In this document: positions 13,401 to 28,100 of the stretch, one piece after another
Layout: every line of letters starts with the position of its first letter
Position numbering within the stretch: position 1 is the first letter of the stretch
Assembly: GCF_009914755.1 (NCBI RefSeq)
Contig: NC_060935.1
Reading direction: 5' to 3' (one strand)
Length of the DNA: 64,000 nt
From: the human T2T-CHM13v2.0 reference genome, Homo sapiens
Made by a program: the position numbers and the translations under genes
The notes under the pieces: generated by a model
Told to the model about the DNA's origin: nothing
The model's input: the letters and a program-made list of their open reading frames with translations, nothing else
The model's database searches: none

Positions 13401-16400
13401 ATGTGGACCTCTGTGAAGATTTCGTTGGAAACGGGTTCATCTTCACAGAAAAACTAAACAGAAGCATTCTCAGAAACTGCTTTGTCATGTTTGTGTTCCA
13501 CTTCAGGAATTGAACATTCCTCTTGACAGAGCAGCTCTGAAATCCTCTTATTCTAGAATCTGCAAGTGGACATTTGGAGGGCTTTGAGGCCTGTGGTGGA
13601 AAAGGAAAATCTTCACATAAAAACTAGATGGAAGCATTCTCAGAAACTACTTTGTGATGATTGCATTCGACTCACAGAGTTGAACATTCCTATAGATAGA
13701 GCAGGTTGTAAACAATCTCTTTGTAGAATCTGAGATTGGAGATTTGGACTGCTTTGAGGCCTACTGTAGTAAAGGAAATAACTTCATCTAAAAACAAAAC
13801 GGAAGCATTCACAGACAATTCTTAGTGATCATTGGATTGAACTAACAGACCTGAACATTCCTTTAGATGGAGCAGTTTCCAAACACACTTTCTGTAGAAT
13901 CTTCAAGTGGATATTTGGACTTCTCTGAGGATTTCGTTGGAAACGGGAAAAATTTCCCAGAACTACACGGAAGCATTCTGAAAAACTTCTTTGTGATGTT
14001 TGCATTCAACTCACAGAGTTGAACCTTGCTTTCATAGTTCAGCTTTCAAACACTCTTTTTGTAGAATCTGCAAGTGGATATTTGGACCACTTTGTGGCCT
14101 TCCTTCGAAACGGGTATATCTTCACATCAAACCTAGACAGAAGCATTCTCAGAATGTTTCCTGTGATGACTGCATTCAACTCACAGAGGTGAACAATCCT
14201 GCTGATGGAGCAGTTTTGAAACTCTCTTTCTTTGGATTCTGCAAGTGGATATGTGGACCTCTGTGAAGATTTCGTTGGAAACGGGTTCATCTTCACAGAA
14301 AAACTAAACAGAAGCATTCTCAGAAACTCCTTTGTCATGTTTGTGTTCCACTTCAGGAATTGAACTTTCCTCTTGACAGAGCAGCTCTGAAACCCTCTTA
14401 TTCTCGAATCTGCAAGTTGACATTTGGAGGGCTTTGAGGCCTGTGGTGGAAAAGGAAAATCTTCACATAAAAACTAGATGGAAGCATTCTCAGAAACTAC
14501 TTTGTGATGATTGCATTCGACTCACAGAGTTGAACATTCCTATAGATAGAGCAGGTTGTAAACAATCTTTTTGTAGAATCTGCGATTGGAGATTTGGACT
14601 GCTTTGAGGCCTACTGTAGTAAAGGAAATAACTTCATCTAAAAACCAAACGGAAGCATTCACAGACAATTCTTAGTGATCATTGGATTGAACTAACAGAG
14701 CTGAACATTCCTTTAGATGGCGCAGTTTCCAAACACACTTTCTGTAGAATCTGCAAGTGGATATTTGGACCTCTCTGAGGATTTCGTTGGAAACGGGATA
14801 AACTTCCCAGAACTACACGGAAGCATTGTGAGAAACTTCTTTGTGATGTTTGCATTCAACTCACAGAGTTGAACCTTGCTTTCATAGTTCAGGTTTCAAA
14901 CACTCTTTTTGTAGAATCTGCAAGTAGATATTTGGACCACTTTGTGGCCTTCCTTCGAAACGGGTATATCTTCACATCAAACCTAGACAGAAGCATTCTC
15001 AGAATGTTTCCTGTGATGACTGCATTCAACTCACAGAGGTGAACAATCCTGCTGATGGAGCAGTTTTGAAACTCTCTTTCTTTGGATTCTGCAAGTGGAT
15101 ATGTGGACCTCTGTGAAGATTTCGTTGGAAACGGGTTCATCTTCACAGAAAAACTAAACAGAAGCATTCTCAGAAACTGCTTTGTGATGTTTGTGTTCCA
15201 CTTCAGGAATTGAACTTTCCTCTTCACAGAGCAGCTCTGAAATCCTCTTATTCTAGAATGTGCAAGTGGACATTTGGAGGGCTTTGAGGCCTGTGGTGGA
15301 AAAGGAAAATCTTCACATAAAAACTAGATGGAAGCATTCTCAGAAACTACTTTGTGATGATTGCATTCGACTCACAGAGTTGAACATTCCTATAGATAGA
15401 GCAGGTTGTAAACAATCTTTTTATATAATCTGCGATTGGAGATTTGGACTGCTTTGAGGCCTACTGTAGTAAAGGAAATAACTTCATCTAAAAACCAAAC
15501 GGAAGCATTCACAGACAATTCTTAGTGATCATTGGATTGAACTAACAGAGCTGTAGATTCCTTTAGATGGAGCAGTTTCCACACACACTTTCTGTAGAAT
15601 CTGCAAGTGGATATTTGGACTTCTCTGAGGATTTCGTTGGAAACGGGATAAACTTCCCAGAACTACACGGAAGCATTCTGAGAAACTTCTTTGTGATGTT
15701 TGCATTCAACTCACAGAGTTGAACCTTGCTTTCGTAGTTCAGCTTTCAAACACTCTTTTTGTAGAATCTGCAAGTGGATATTTGGACCACTTTATGGCCT
15801 TCCTTCGAAACGGGTATATCTTCACATCAAACCTAGACAGAAGCATTCTCAGAATGTTTCCTGTGATGACTGCATTCAACTCACAGAGGTGAACAATCCT
15901 GCTGATGGAGCAGTTTTGAAACTCTCTTTCTTTGGATTCTGCAAGTGGATATGTGGACCTCTGTGAAGATTTCGTTGGAAACGGGTTCATCTTCACAGAA
16001 AAACTAAACAGAAGCATTCTCAGAAACTGCTTTGTGATGTTTGTGTTCCACTTCAGGAATTGAACTTTCCTCTTCACAGAGCAGCTCTGAAATCCTCTTA
16101 TTCTAGAATCTGCAAGTGGACATTTGGAGGGCTTTGAGGCCTGTGGTGGAAAAGGAAAATCTTCACATAAAAACTAGATGGAAGCATTCTCAGAAACTAC
16201 TTTGTGATGATCGCATTCGACTCACAGAGTTGAACATTCCTATAGATAGAGCAGGTTGTAAACAATCTTTTTGTAGAATCTGCGATTGGAGATTTGGACT
16301 GCTTTGAGGCCTACTGTAGTAAAGGAAATAACTTCATCTAAAAACCAAATGGAAGCATTCACAGACAATTCTTAGTGATCATTGGATTGAACTAACAGAG

Positions 16401-18950
16401 CTGAACATTCCTTTAGATGGAGCAGTTTCCAAACCCACTTTCTGTAGAATCTGCAAGTGGATATTTGGACTTCTCTGAGGATTTCGTTGGAAACGGGATA
16501 AACTTCCCAGAACTACACGGAAGCATTCTGAGAAACTTCTTTGTGATGTTTGCATTCAACTCACAGAGTTGAACCTTGCTTTCATAGTTCAGCTTTCAAA
16601 CACTCTTTTTGTAGAATCTGCAAGTGGATATTTGGACCACTTTGTGGCCTTCCTTCGAAACGGGTATATCTTCACATCAAACCTAGACAGAAGCATTCTC
16701 AGAATGTTTCCTGTGATGACTGCATTCAACTCACAGAGGCGAACAATCCTGCTGATGGAGCAGTTTTGAAACTCTCTTTCTTTGGATTCTGCAAGTGGAT
16801 ATGTGGACCTCTGTGAAGATTTCGTTGGAAACGGGTTCATCTTCACAGAAAAACTAAGCAGAAGCATTCTCAGAAACTGCTTTGTGATGTTTGTGTTCCA
16901 CTTCAAGAATTGAACTTTCCTCTTGACAGAGCAGCTCTGAAACCCTCTTATTCTAGAATCTGCAAGTGGACCTTTGGAGGGCTTTGAGGCCTGTGGTGGA
17001 AAAGGAAAATCTTCACATAAAAACTAGATGGAAGCATTCTCAGAAACTACTTTGTGATGATTGCATTCGACTCACAGAGTTGAACATTCCTATAGATAGA
17101 GCAGGTTGTAAACAATCTTTTTGTAGAATCTGCGATTGGAGATTTGGACTGCTTTGAGGCCTACTGTAGTAAAGGAAATAACTTCATCTAAAAACCAAAC
17201 GGAAGCATTCACAGACAATTCTTAGTGATCATTGGATTGAACTAACAGAGCTGAACATTCCTTTAGATGGCGCAGTTTCCAAACACACTTTCTGTAGAAT
17301 ATGCAAGTGGATATTTGGACCTCTCTGAGGATTTCGTTGGAAACGGGATAAACTTCCCAGAACTACACGGAAGCATTGTGAGAAACTTCTTTGTGATGTT
17401 TGCATTCAACTCACAGAGTTGAACCTTGCTTTCATAGTTCAGCTTTCAAACACTCTTTTTGTAGAATCTGCAAGTGGATATTTGGACCACTTTGTGGCCT
17501 TCCTTCGAAACGGGTATATCTTCACATCAAACTTAGACAGAAGCATTCTCAGAATGTTTCCTGTGATGACTGCATTCAACTCACAGAGGTGAACAATCCT
17601 GCTGATGGAGCAGTTTTGAAACTCTCTGTCTTTGGATTCTGCAAGTGGATATGTGGACCTCTGTGAAGATTTCGTTGGAAACGGGTTCATCTTCACAGAA
17701 AAACTAAACAGAAGCATTCTCAGAAACTGCTTTGTCATGTTTGTGTTCCACTTCAGGAATTGAACTTTCCTCTTGACAGAGCAGCTCTGAAATCCTCTTA
17801 TTCTAGAATCTGCAAGTGGACATTTGGAGGGCTTTGAGGCCTGTGGTGGAAAAGGAAAATCTTCACATAAAAACTAGATGGAAGCATTCTCAGAAACTAC
17901 TTTGTGATGATTGCATTCGACTCACAGAGTTGAACATTCCTATAGGTAGAGCAGGTTGTAAACAATCTCTTTGTAGAATCTGAGATTGGAGATTTGGACT
18001 GCTTTGAGGCCTACTGTAGTAAAGGAAATAACTTCATCTAAAAACAAAACGGAAGCATTCACAGACAATTCTTAGTGATCATTGGATTGAACTAACAGAC
18101 CTGAACATTCCTTTAGATGGAGCAGTTTCCAAACACACTTTCTGTAGAATCTTCAAGTGGATATTTGGACTTCTCTGAGGATTTCGTTGGAAACGGGAAA
18201 AACTTCCCAGAACTACACGGAAGCATTCTGAAAAACTTCTTTGTGATGTTTGCATTCAACTCACAGAGTTGAACCTTGCTTTCATAGTTCAGCTTTCAAA
18301 CACTCTTTTTGTAGAATCTGCAAGTGGATATTTGGACCACTTTGTGGCCTTCCTTCGAAACGGGTATATCTTCACATCAAACCTAGACAGAAGCATTCTC
18401 AGAATGTTTCCTGTGATGACTGCATTCAACTCACAGAGGTGAACAATCCTGCTGATGGAGCAGTTTTGAAACTCTCTTTCTTTGGATTCTGCAAGTGGAT
18501 ATGTGGACCTCTGTGAAGATTTCGTTGGAAACGGGTTCATCTTCACAGAAAAACTAAACAGAAGCATTCTCAGAAACTCCTTTGTCATGTTTGTGTTCCA
18601 CTTCAGGAATTGAACTTTCCTCTTGACAGAGCAGCTCTGAAACCCTCTTATTCTAGAATCTGCAAGTTGACATTTGGAGGGCTTTGAGGCCTGTGGTGGA
18701 AAAGGAAAATCTTCACATAAAAACTAGATGGAAGCATTCTCAGAAACTACTTTGTGATGATTGCATTCGACTCACAGAGTTGAACATTCCTATAGATAGA
18801 GCAGGTTGTAAACAATCTTTTTGTAGAATCTGCGATTGGAGATTTGGACTGCTTTGAGGCCTACTGTAGTAAAGGAAATAACTTCATCTAAAAACCAAAC
18901 GGAAGCATTCACAGACAATTCTTAGTGATCATTGGATTGAACTAACAGAG
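10450..18950 (+). repeat. Tandem duplication of a 5-HOR unit (period 4250 bp)
   Basis: AGGTTTCAAA (10641/14891), TTATATAATC (11171/15421), CTGTAGATTC (11301/15551), TTTATGGCCT (11541/15791), CCTTTGGAGG (12721/16971), ACTCTCTGTC (13371/17621), AAAACAAAAC (13791/18041), TGCAAGTTGA (14411/18661). Confidence 0.9.
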
Positions 18951-19999
18951 CTGAACATTCCTTTAGATGGAGCAGTTTCCAAAACCACTTTCTGTAGAAT
19001 CTGCAAGTGGATATTTGGACTTCTCTGAGGATTTCGTTGGAAACGGGATAAACTTCCCAGAACTACACGGAAGCATTGTGAGAAACTTCTTTGTGATGTT
19101 TGCATTCAACTCACAGAGTTGAACCTTGCTTTCGTAGTTCAGCTTTTAAACACTCCTTTTGTAGAATCTGCAAGTGGATATTTGGACCACTTTGTGGCCT
19201 TCCTTCGAAACGGGTATATCTTCACATCAAACCTAGACAGAAGCATTCTCAGAATGTTTCCTGTGATGACTGCATTCAACTCACAGAGGTGAACAATCCT
19301 GCTGATGGAGCAGTTTTGAAACTCTCTTTCTTTGGATTCTGCAAGTGGATATGTGGACCTCTGTGAAGATTTCGTTGGAAACGGGTTCATCTTCACAGAG
19401 AAACTAAACAGAAGCATTCTCAGAAACTGCTTTGTGATGTTTGTGTTCCACTTCAGGAATTGAACTTTCCTCTTGACAGAGCAGCTCTGAAATCCTCTTA
19501 TTCTAGAATCTGCAAGTGGACATTTGGAGGGCTTTGAGGCCTGTGGTGGAAAAGGAAAATCTTCACATAAAAACTAGATGGAAGCATTCTCAGAAACTAC
19601 TTTGTGATGATTGCATTCGACTCACAGAGTTGAACATTCCTATAGATAGAGCAGGTTGTAAACAATCTTTTTGTAGAATCTGCGATTGGAGATTTGGACT
19701 GCTTTGAGGCCTACTGTAGTAAAGGAAATAACTTCATCTAAAAACCAAACGGAAGCATTCACAGACAATTCTTAGTGATCATTGGATTGAACTAACAGAG
19801 CTGAACATTCCTTTAGATGGAGCAGTTTCCAAACCCACCTTCTGTGGAATCTGCAAGTGGATATTTGGACTTCTCTGAGGATTTCGTTGGAAACGGGATA
19901 AACTTCCCAAAACTACACGGAAGCATTCTGAGAAACTTCTTTGTGATGTTTGCATTCAACTCACAGAGTTGAACCTTGCTTTCATAGTTCAGCTTTCAA

Positions 20000-22900
20000 A
20001 CACTCTTTTTGTAGAATCTGCAAGTGGATATTTGGACCACTTTGTGGCCTTCCTTCGAAACGGGTATATCTTCACCTCAAACCTAGACAGAAGCATTCTC
20101 AGAATGTTTCCTGTGATGACTGCATTCAACTCACAGAGGTGAACAATCCTGCTGATGGAGCAGTTTTGAAACTCTCTTTCTTTGGATTCTGCAAGTGGAT
20201 ATGTGGACCTCTGTGAAGATTTCGTTGGAAACGGGTTCATCTTCACAGAAAAACTAAACAGAAGCATTCTCAGAAACTGCTTTGTGATGTTTGTGTTCCA
20301 CTTCAGGAATTGAACTTTCCTCTTCACAGAGCAGCTCTGAAATCCTCTTATTCTAGAATCTGCAAGTGGACATTTGGAGGGCTTTGAGGCCTGTGGTGGA
20401 AAAGGAAAATCTTCACATAAAAACTAGATGGAAGCATTCTCAGAAACTACTTTGTGATGATTGCATTCGACTCACAGAGTTGAACATTCCTATAGATAGA
20501 GCAGGTTGTAAACAATCTTTTTGTAGAATCTGCGATTGGAGATTTGGACTGCTTTGAGGCCTACTGTAGTAAAGGAAATAACTTCATCTAAAAACCAAAC
20601 GGAAGCATTCACAGACAATTCTTAGTGATCATTGGATTGAACTAACAGAGCTGAACATTCCTTTAGATGGAGCAGTTTCCAAACACACTTTCTGTAGAAT
20701 CTGCAAGTGGATATTTGGACTTCTCTGAGGATTTCGTTGGAAACGGGATAAACTTCCCAGAACTACACGGAAGCATTCTGAGAAACTTCTTTGTGATGTT
20801 TGCATTCAACTCACAGAGTTGAACCTTGCTTTCGTAGTTCAGCTTTCAAACACTCTTTTTGTAGAATCTGCAAGTGGATATTTGGACCACTTTGTGGCCT
20901 TCCTTCGAAACGGGTATATCTTCACATCAAACCTAGACAGAAGCATTCTCAGAATGTTTCCTGTGATGACTGCATTCAACTCACAGAGGTGAACAATCCT
21001 GCTGATGGAGCAGTTTTGAAACTCTCTTTCTTTGGATTCTGCAAGTGGATATGTGGACCTCTGTGAAGATTTCGTTGGAAACGGGTTCATCTTCACAGAA
21101 AAACTAAACAGAAGCATTCTCAGAAACTGCTTTGTTATGTTTGTGTTCCACTTCAAGAATTGAACTATCCTCTTGACAGAGCAGCTCTGAAACCCTCTTA
21201 TTCTAGAATCTGCAAGTGGACATTTGGAGGGCTTTGAGGCCTGTGGTGGAAAAGGAAAATCTTCACATAAAAACTAGATGGAAGCATTCTCAGAAACTAC
21301 TTTGTGATGATTGCATTCGACTCACAGAGTTGAACATTCCTATAGATAGAGCAGGTTGTAAACAATCTTTTTGTAGAATCTGCGATTGGAGATTTGGACT
21401 GCTTTGAGGCCTACTGTAGTAAAGGAAATAACTTCATCTAAAAACCAAACGGAAGCATTCACAGACAATTCTTAGTGATCATTGGATTGAACTAACAGAG
21501 CTGAACATTCCTTTAGATGGAGCAGTTTCCAAACCCACCTTCTGTGGAATCTGCAAGTGGATATTTGGACTTCTCTGAGGATTTCGTTGGAAACGGGATA
21601 AACTTCCCAGAACTACACGGAAGCATTCTGAGAAACTTCTTTGTGATGTTTGCATTCAACTCACAGAGTTGAACCTTGCTTTCATAGTTAAGCTTTCAAA
21701 CACTCTTTTTGTAGAATCTGCAAGTGGATATTTGGACCACTTTGTGGCCTTCCTTCGAAACGGGTATATCTTCACCTCAAACCTAGACAGAAGCATTCTC
21801 AGAATGTTTCCTGTGATGACTGCATTCAACTCACAGAGGTGAACAATCCTGCTGATGGAGCAGTTTTGAAACTCTCTTTCTTTGGATTCTGCAAGTGGAT
21901 ATGTGGACCTCTGTGAAGATTTCGTTGGAAACGGGTTCATCTTCACAGAAAAACTAAACAGAAGCATTCTCAGAAACTGCTTTGTGATGTTTGTGTTCCA
22001 CTTCAGGAATTGAACTTTCCTCTTCACAGAGCAGCTCTGAAATCCTCTTATTCTAGAATCTGCAAGTGGACATTTGGAGGGCTTTGAGGCCTGTGGTGGA
22101 AAAGGAAAATCTTCACATAAAAACTAGATGGAAGCATTCTCAGAAACTACTTTGTGATGATTGCATTCGACTCACAGAGTTGAACATTCCTATAGATAGA
22201 GCAGGTTGTAAACAATCTTTTTGTAGAATCTGCGATTGGAGATTTGGACTGCTTTGAGGCCTACTGTAGTAAAGGAAATAACTTCATCTAAAAACCAAAC
22301 GGAAGAATTCACAGACAATTCTTAGTGATCATTGGGTTGAACTAACAGAGCTGAACATTCCTTTAGATGGAGCAGTTTCCAAACACACTTTCTGTAGAAT
22401 CTGCAAGTGGATATTTGGACTTCTCTGAGGATTTCGTTGGAAACGGGATAAACTTCCCAGAACTACACGGAAGCATTGTGAGAAACTTCTTTGTGATGTT
22501 GGCATTCAACTCACAGAGTTGAACCTTGATTTCATAGTTCAGCTTTCAAACACTCTTTTTGTAGAATCTGCAAGTGGATATTTGGACCACTTTGTGGCCT
22601 TCCTTCGAAACGGGTATATCTTCACCTCAAACCTAGACAGAAGCATTCTCAGAATGTTTCCTGTGATGACTGCATTCAACTCACAGAGGTGAACAATCCT
22701 GCTGATGGAGCAGTTTTGAAACTCTCTTTCTTTGGATTCTGCAAGTGGATATGTGGACCTCTGTGAAGATTTCGTTGGAAACGGGTTCATCTTCACAGAA
22801 AAACTAAACAGAAGCATTCTCAGAAACTGCTTTGTGATGTTTGTGTTCCACTTCAGGAATTGAACTTTCCTCTTCACAGAGCAGCTCTGAAATCCTCTTA

Positions 22901-25150
22901 TTCTAGAATCTGCAAGTGGACATTTGGAGGGCTTTGAGGCCTGTGGTGGAAAAGGAAAATCTTCACATAAAAACTAGATGGAAGCATTCTCAGAAACTAC
23001 TTTGTGATGATTGCATTCGACTCACAGAGTTGAACATTCCTATAGATAGAGCAGGTTGTAAACAATCTTTTTGTAGAATCTGCGATTGGAGATTTGGACT
23101 GCTTTGAGGCCTACTGTAGTAAAGGAAATAACTTCATCTAAAAACCAAACGGAAGCATTCACAGACAATTCTTAGTGATCATTGGATTGAACTAACAGAG
23201 CTGAACATTCCTTTAGATGGAGCAGTTTCCAAACACACTTTCTGTAGAATCTGCAAGTGGATATTTGGACTTCTCTGAGGATTTCGTTGGAAACGGGATA
23301 AACTTCCCAGAACTACACGGAAGCATTCTGAGAAACTTCTTTGTGATGTTTGCATTCAACTCACAGAGTTGAACCTTGCTTTCGTAGTTCAGCTTTCAAA
23401 CACTCTTTTTGTAGAATCTGCAAGTGGATATTTGGACCACTTTGTGGCCTTCCTTCGAAACGGGTATATCTTCACATCAAACCTAGACAGAAGCATTCTC
23501 AGAATGTTTCCTGTGATGACTGCATTCAACTCACAGAGGTGAACAATCCTGCTGATGGAGCAGTTTTGAAACTCTCTTTCTTTGGATTCTGCAAGTGGAT
23601 ATGTGGACCTCTGTGAAGATTTCGTTGGAAACGGGTTCATCTTCACAGAAAAACTAAACAGAAGCATTCTCAGAAACTGCTTTGTTATGTTTGTGTTCCA
23701 CTTCAAGAATTGAACTATCCTCTTGACAGAGCAGCTCTGAAACCCTCTTATTCTAGAATCTGCAAGTGGACATTTGGAGGGCTTTGAGGCCTGTGGTGGA
23801 AAAGGAAAATCTTCACATAAAAACTAGATGGAAGCATTCTCAGAAACTACTTTGTGATGATTGCATTCGACTCACAGAGTTGAACATTCCTATAGATAGA
23901 GCAGGTTGTAAACAATCTTTTTGTAGAATCTGCGATTGGAGATTTGGACTGCTTTGAGGCCTACTGTAGTAAAGGAAATAACTTCATCTAAAAACCAAAC
24001 GGAAGCATTCACAGACAATTCTTAGTGATCATTGGATTGAACTAACAGAGCTGAACATTCCTTTAGATGGAGCAGTTTCCAAACCCACCTTCTGTGGAAT
24101 CTGCAAGTGGATATTTGGACTTCTCTGAGGATTTCGTTGGAAACGGGATAAACTTCCCAGAACTACACGGAAGCATTCTGAGAAACTTCTTTGTGATGTT
24201 TGCATTCAACTCACAGAGTTGAACCTTGCTTTCATAGTTCAGCTTTCAAACACTCTTTTTGTAGAATCTGCAAGTGGATATTTGGACCACTTTGTGGCCT
24301 TCCTTCGAAACGGGTATATCTTCACCTCAAACCTAGACAGAAGCATTCTCAGAATGTTTCCTGTGATGACTGCATTCAACTCACAGAGGTGAACAATCCT
24401 GCTGATGGAGCAGTTTTGAAACTCTCTTTCTTTGGATTCTGCAAGTGGATATGTGGACCTCTGTGAAGATTTCGTTGGAAACGGGTTCATCTTCACAGAA
24501 AAACTAAACAGAAGCATTCTCAGAAACTGCTTTGTGATGTTTGTGTTCCACTTCAGGAATTGAACTTTCCTCTTCACAGAGCAGCTCTGAAATCCTCTTA
24601 TTCTAGAATCTGCAAGTGGACATTTGGAGGGCTTTGAGGCCTGTGGTGGAAAAGGAAAATCTTCACATAAAAACTAGATGGAAGCATTCTCAGAAACTAC
24701 TTTGTGATGATTGCATTCGACTCACAGAGTTGAACATTCCTATAGATAGAGTAGGTTGTAAACAATCTTTTTGTAGAATCTGCGATTGGAGATTTGGACT
24801 GCTTTGAGGCCTACTGTAGTAAAGGAAATAACTTCATCTAAAAACCAAACGGAAGAATTCACAGACAATTCTTAGTGATCATTGGGTTGAACTAACAGAG
24901 CTGAACATTCCTTTAGATGGAGCAGTTTCCAAACACACTTTCTGTAGAATCTGCAAGTGGATATTTGGACTTCTCTGAGGATTTCGTTGGAAACGGGATA
25001 AACTTCCCAGAACTACACGGAAGCATTGTGAGAAACTTCTTTGTGATGTTGGCATTCAACTCACAGAGTTGAACCTTGATTTCATAGTTCAGCTTTCAAA
25101 CACTCTTTTTGTAGAATCTGCAAGTGGATATTTGGACCACTTTGTGGCCT
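20000..25150 (+). repeat. Tandem duplication of a 3-HOR unit (period 2550 bp)
   Basis: TTCACCTCAA (20071/22621 and 21771/24321), TGAACTATCC (21161/23711), CACCTTCTGTGG (~21536/24086), GAATTC (22305/24855), GGCATTCAAC (22501/25051). Confidence 0.9.
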
Positions 25151-28100
25151 TCCTTCGAAACGGGTATATCTTCACATCAAACCTAGACAGAAGAATTCTC
25201 AGAATGTTTCCTGTGATGACTGCATTCAACTCACAGAGGTGAACAATCCTGCTAATGGAGCAGTTTTGAAACTCTCTTTCTTTGGATTCTGCAAGTGGAT
25301 ATGTGGACCTCTGTGAAGATTTCGTTGGAAACGGGTTCATCTTCACAGAAAAACTAAACAGAAGCATTCTCAGAAACTGCTTTGTTATGTTTGTGTTCCA
25401 CTTCAAGAATTGAACTTTCCTCTTGACAGAGCAGCTCTGAAACCCTCTTATTCTAGAATCTGCAAGTGGACATTTGGAGGGCTTTGAGGCCTGTGGTGGA
25501 AAAGGAAAATCTTCACATAAAAACTAGATGGAAGCATTCTCAGAAACTACTTTGTGATGATTGCATTCGACTCACAGAGTTGAACATTCCTATAGATAGA
25601 GCAGGTTGTAAACAATTTTTTGTAGAGTCTGCGATTAGAGATTTGGACTGCTTTGAGGCCTACTGTAGTAAAGGAAATAACTTCATCTAAAAACCAAACG
25701 GAAGCATTCACAGACAATTCTTAGTGATCATTGGATTGAACTAACAGAGCTGAACATTCCTTTAGATGGAGCAGTTTCCAAACCCACTTTCTGTAGAATC
25801 TGCAAGTGGATATTTGGACTTCTCTGAGGATTTCGTTGTAAAGGGGATAAACTTCCCAGAACTACACGGAAGCATTGTGAGAAACTTCTTTGTGATGTTT
25901 GCATTCAACTCACAGAGTTGAACCTTGCTTTCATAGTTCAGCTTTCAAACACTCTTTTTGTATAATCTGCAAGTGGATATTTGGACCACTTTGTGGCCTT
26001 CCTTCGAAACGGGTATATCTTCACATCAAACCTAGACAGAAGCATTCTCAGAATGTTTCCTGTGATGACTGCATTCAACTCACAGAGGTGAACAATCCTG
26101 CTGATGGAGCAGTTTTGAAACTCTCTTTCTTTGGATTCTGCAAGTGGATATGTGGACCTCTGTGAAGATTTCGTTGGAAACGGGTTCATCTTCACAGAAA
26201 AACTAAACAGAAGCATTCTCAGAAACTGCTTTGTTATGTTTGTGTTCCACTTCAAGAATTGAACTTTCCTCTTGACAGAGCAGCTCTGAAACCCTCTTAT
26301 TCTAGAATCTGCAAGTGGACATTTGGAGGGCTTTGAGGCCTGTGGTGGAAAAGGAAAATCTTCACATAAAAACTAGATGGAAGCATTCTCAGAAACTACT
26401 TTGTGATGATTGCATTCGACTCACAGAGTTGAACATTCCTATAGATAGAGCAGGTTGTAAACAATTTTTTGTAGAGTCTGCGATTAGAGATTTGGACTGC
26501 TTTGAGGCCTACTGTAGTAAAGGAAATAACTTCATCTAAAAACCAAACGGAAGCATTCACAGACAAGTCTTAGTGATCATTGGATTGAACTAACAGAGCT
26601 GAACATTCCTTTAGATGGAGCAGTTTCCAAACCCACTTTCTGTAGAATCTACAAGTGGATATTTGGACTTCTGTGAGGATTTCGTTGTAAAGGGGATAAA
26701 TTTCCCAGAACTACACGGAAGCATTGTGAGAAACTTCTTTGTGATGTTTGCATTCAACTCATAGAGTTGAACCTTGCTTTCATAGTTCAGCTTTCAAACA
26801 CTCCTTTTGTAGAATCTGCAAGTGGATATTTGGACCACTTTGTGGCCTTCCTTCGAAACGGGTATATATTCACATCAAACCTAGACAGAAGCATTCTCAG
26901 AATGTTTCCTGTGATGACTGCATTCAACTCACAGAGGTGAACAATCCTGCTGATGGAGCAGTTTTGAAACTCTCTTTCTTTGGATTCTGCAAGTGGATGT
27001 GTGGACCTCTGTGAAGATTTCGTTGGAAACGGGTTCATCTTCACAGAAAAACTAAACAGAAGCATTCTCAGAAACTGCTTTGTGATGTTTGTGTTCCACT
27101 TCAGGAATTGAACTTTCCTCTTGACAGAGCAGCTCTGAAATCCTCTTATTCTAGAATCTGCAAGTGGACATTTGGAGGGCTTTGAGGCCTGTGGTGGAAA
27201 AGGAAAATCTTCACATAAAAACTAGATGGAAGCATTCTCAGAAACTCCTTTGTGATGATTGCATTCGACTCACAGAGTTGAACATTCCTATAGATAGAGC
27301 AGGTTGTAAACAATCTTTTTGTAGAATCTGCGATTGGAGATTTGGACTGCTTTGAGGCCTACTGTAGTAAAGGAAATAACTTCATCTAAAAACCAAACGG
27401 AAGCATTCACAGACAATTCTTAGTGATCATTGGATTGAACTAACAGAGCTGAACATTCCTTTAGATGGAGCAGTTTCCAAACCCACTTTCTGTAGAATCT
27501 GCAAGTGGATATTTGGACTTCTCTGAGGATTTCGTTGTAAAGGGGTTAAACTTCCCAGAACTACACGGAAGCATTGTGAGAAACTTCTTTGTGATGTTTG
27601 CATTCAACTCATAGAGTTGAACCTTGCTTTCATAGTTCAGCTTTCAAACACTCCTTTTGTAGAATCTGCAAGTGGATATTTGGACCACTTTGTGGCCTTC
27701 CTTCGAAACGGGTATATCTTCACATCAAACCTAGACAGAAGCATTCTCAGAATGTTTCCTGTGATGACTGCATTCAACTCACAGAGGTGAACAATCCTGC
27801 TGATGGAGCAGTTTTGAAACTCTCTTTCTTTGGATTCTGCAAGTGGATATGTGGACCTCTGTGAAGATTTCGTTGGAAACGGGTTCATCTTCACAGAAAA
27901 ACTAAACAGAAGCATTCTCAGAAACTGCTTTGTGATGTTTGTGTTCCACTTCAGGAATTGAACTTTCCTCTTGACAGAACAGCTCTGAAATCCTCTTATT
28001 CTAGAATCTGCAAGTGGACATTTGGAGGGCTTTGAGGCCTGTGGTGGAAAAGGAAAATCTTCACATAAAAACTAGATGGAAGCATTCTCAGAAACTCCTT

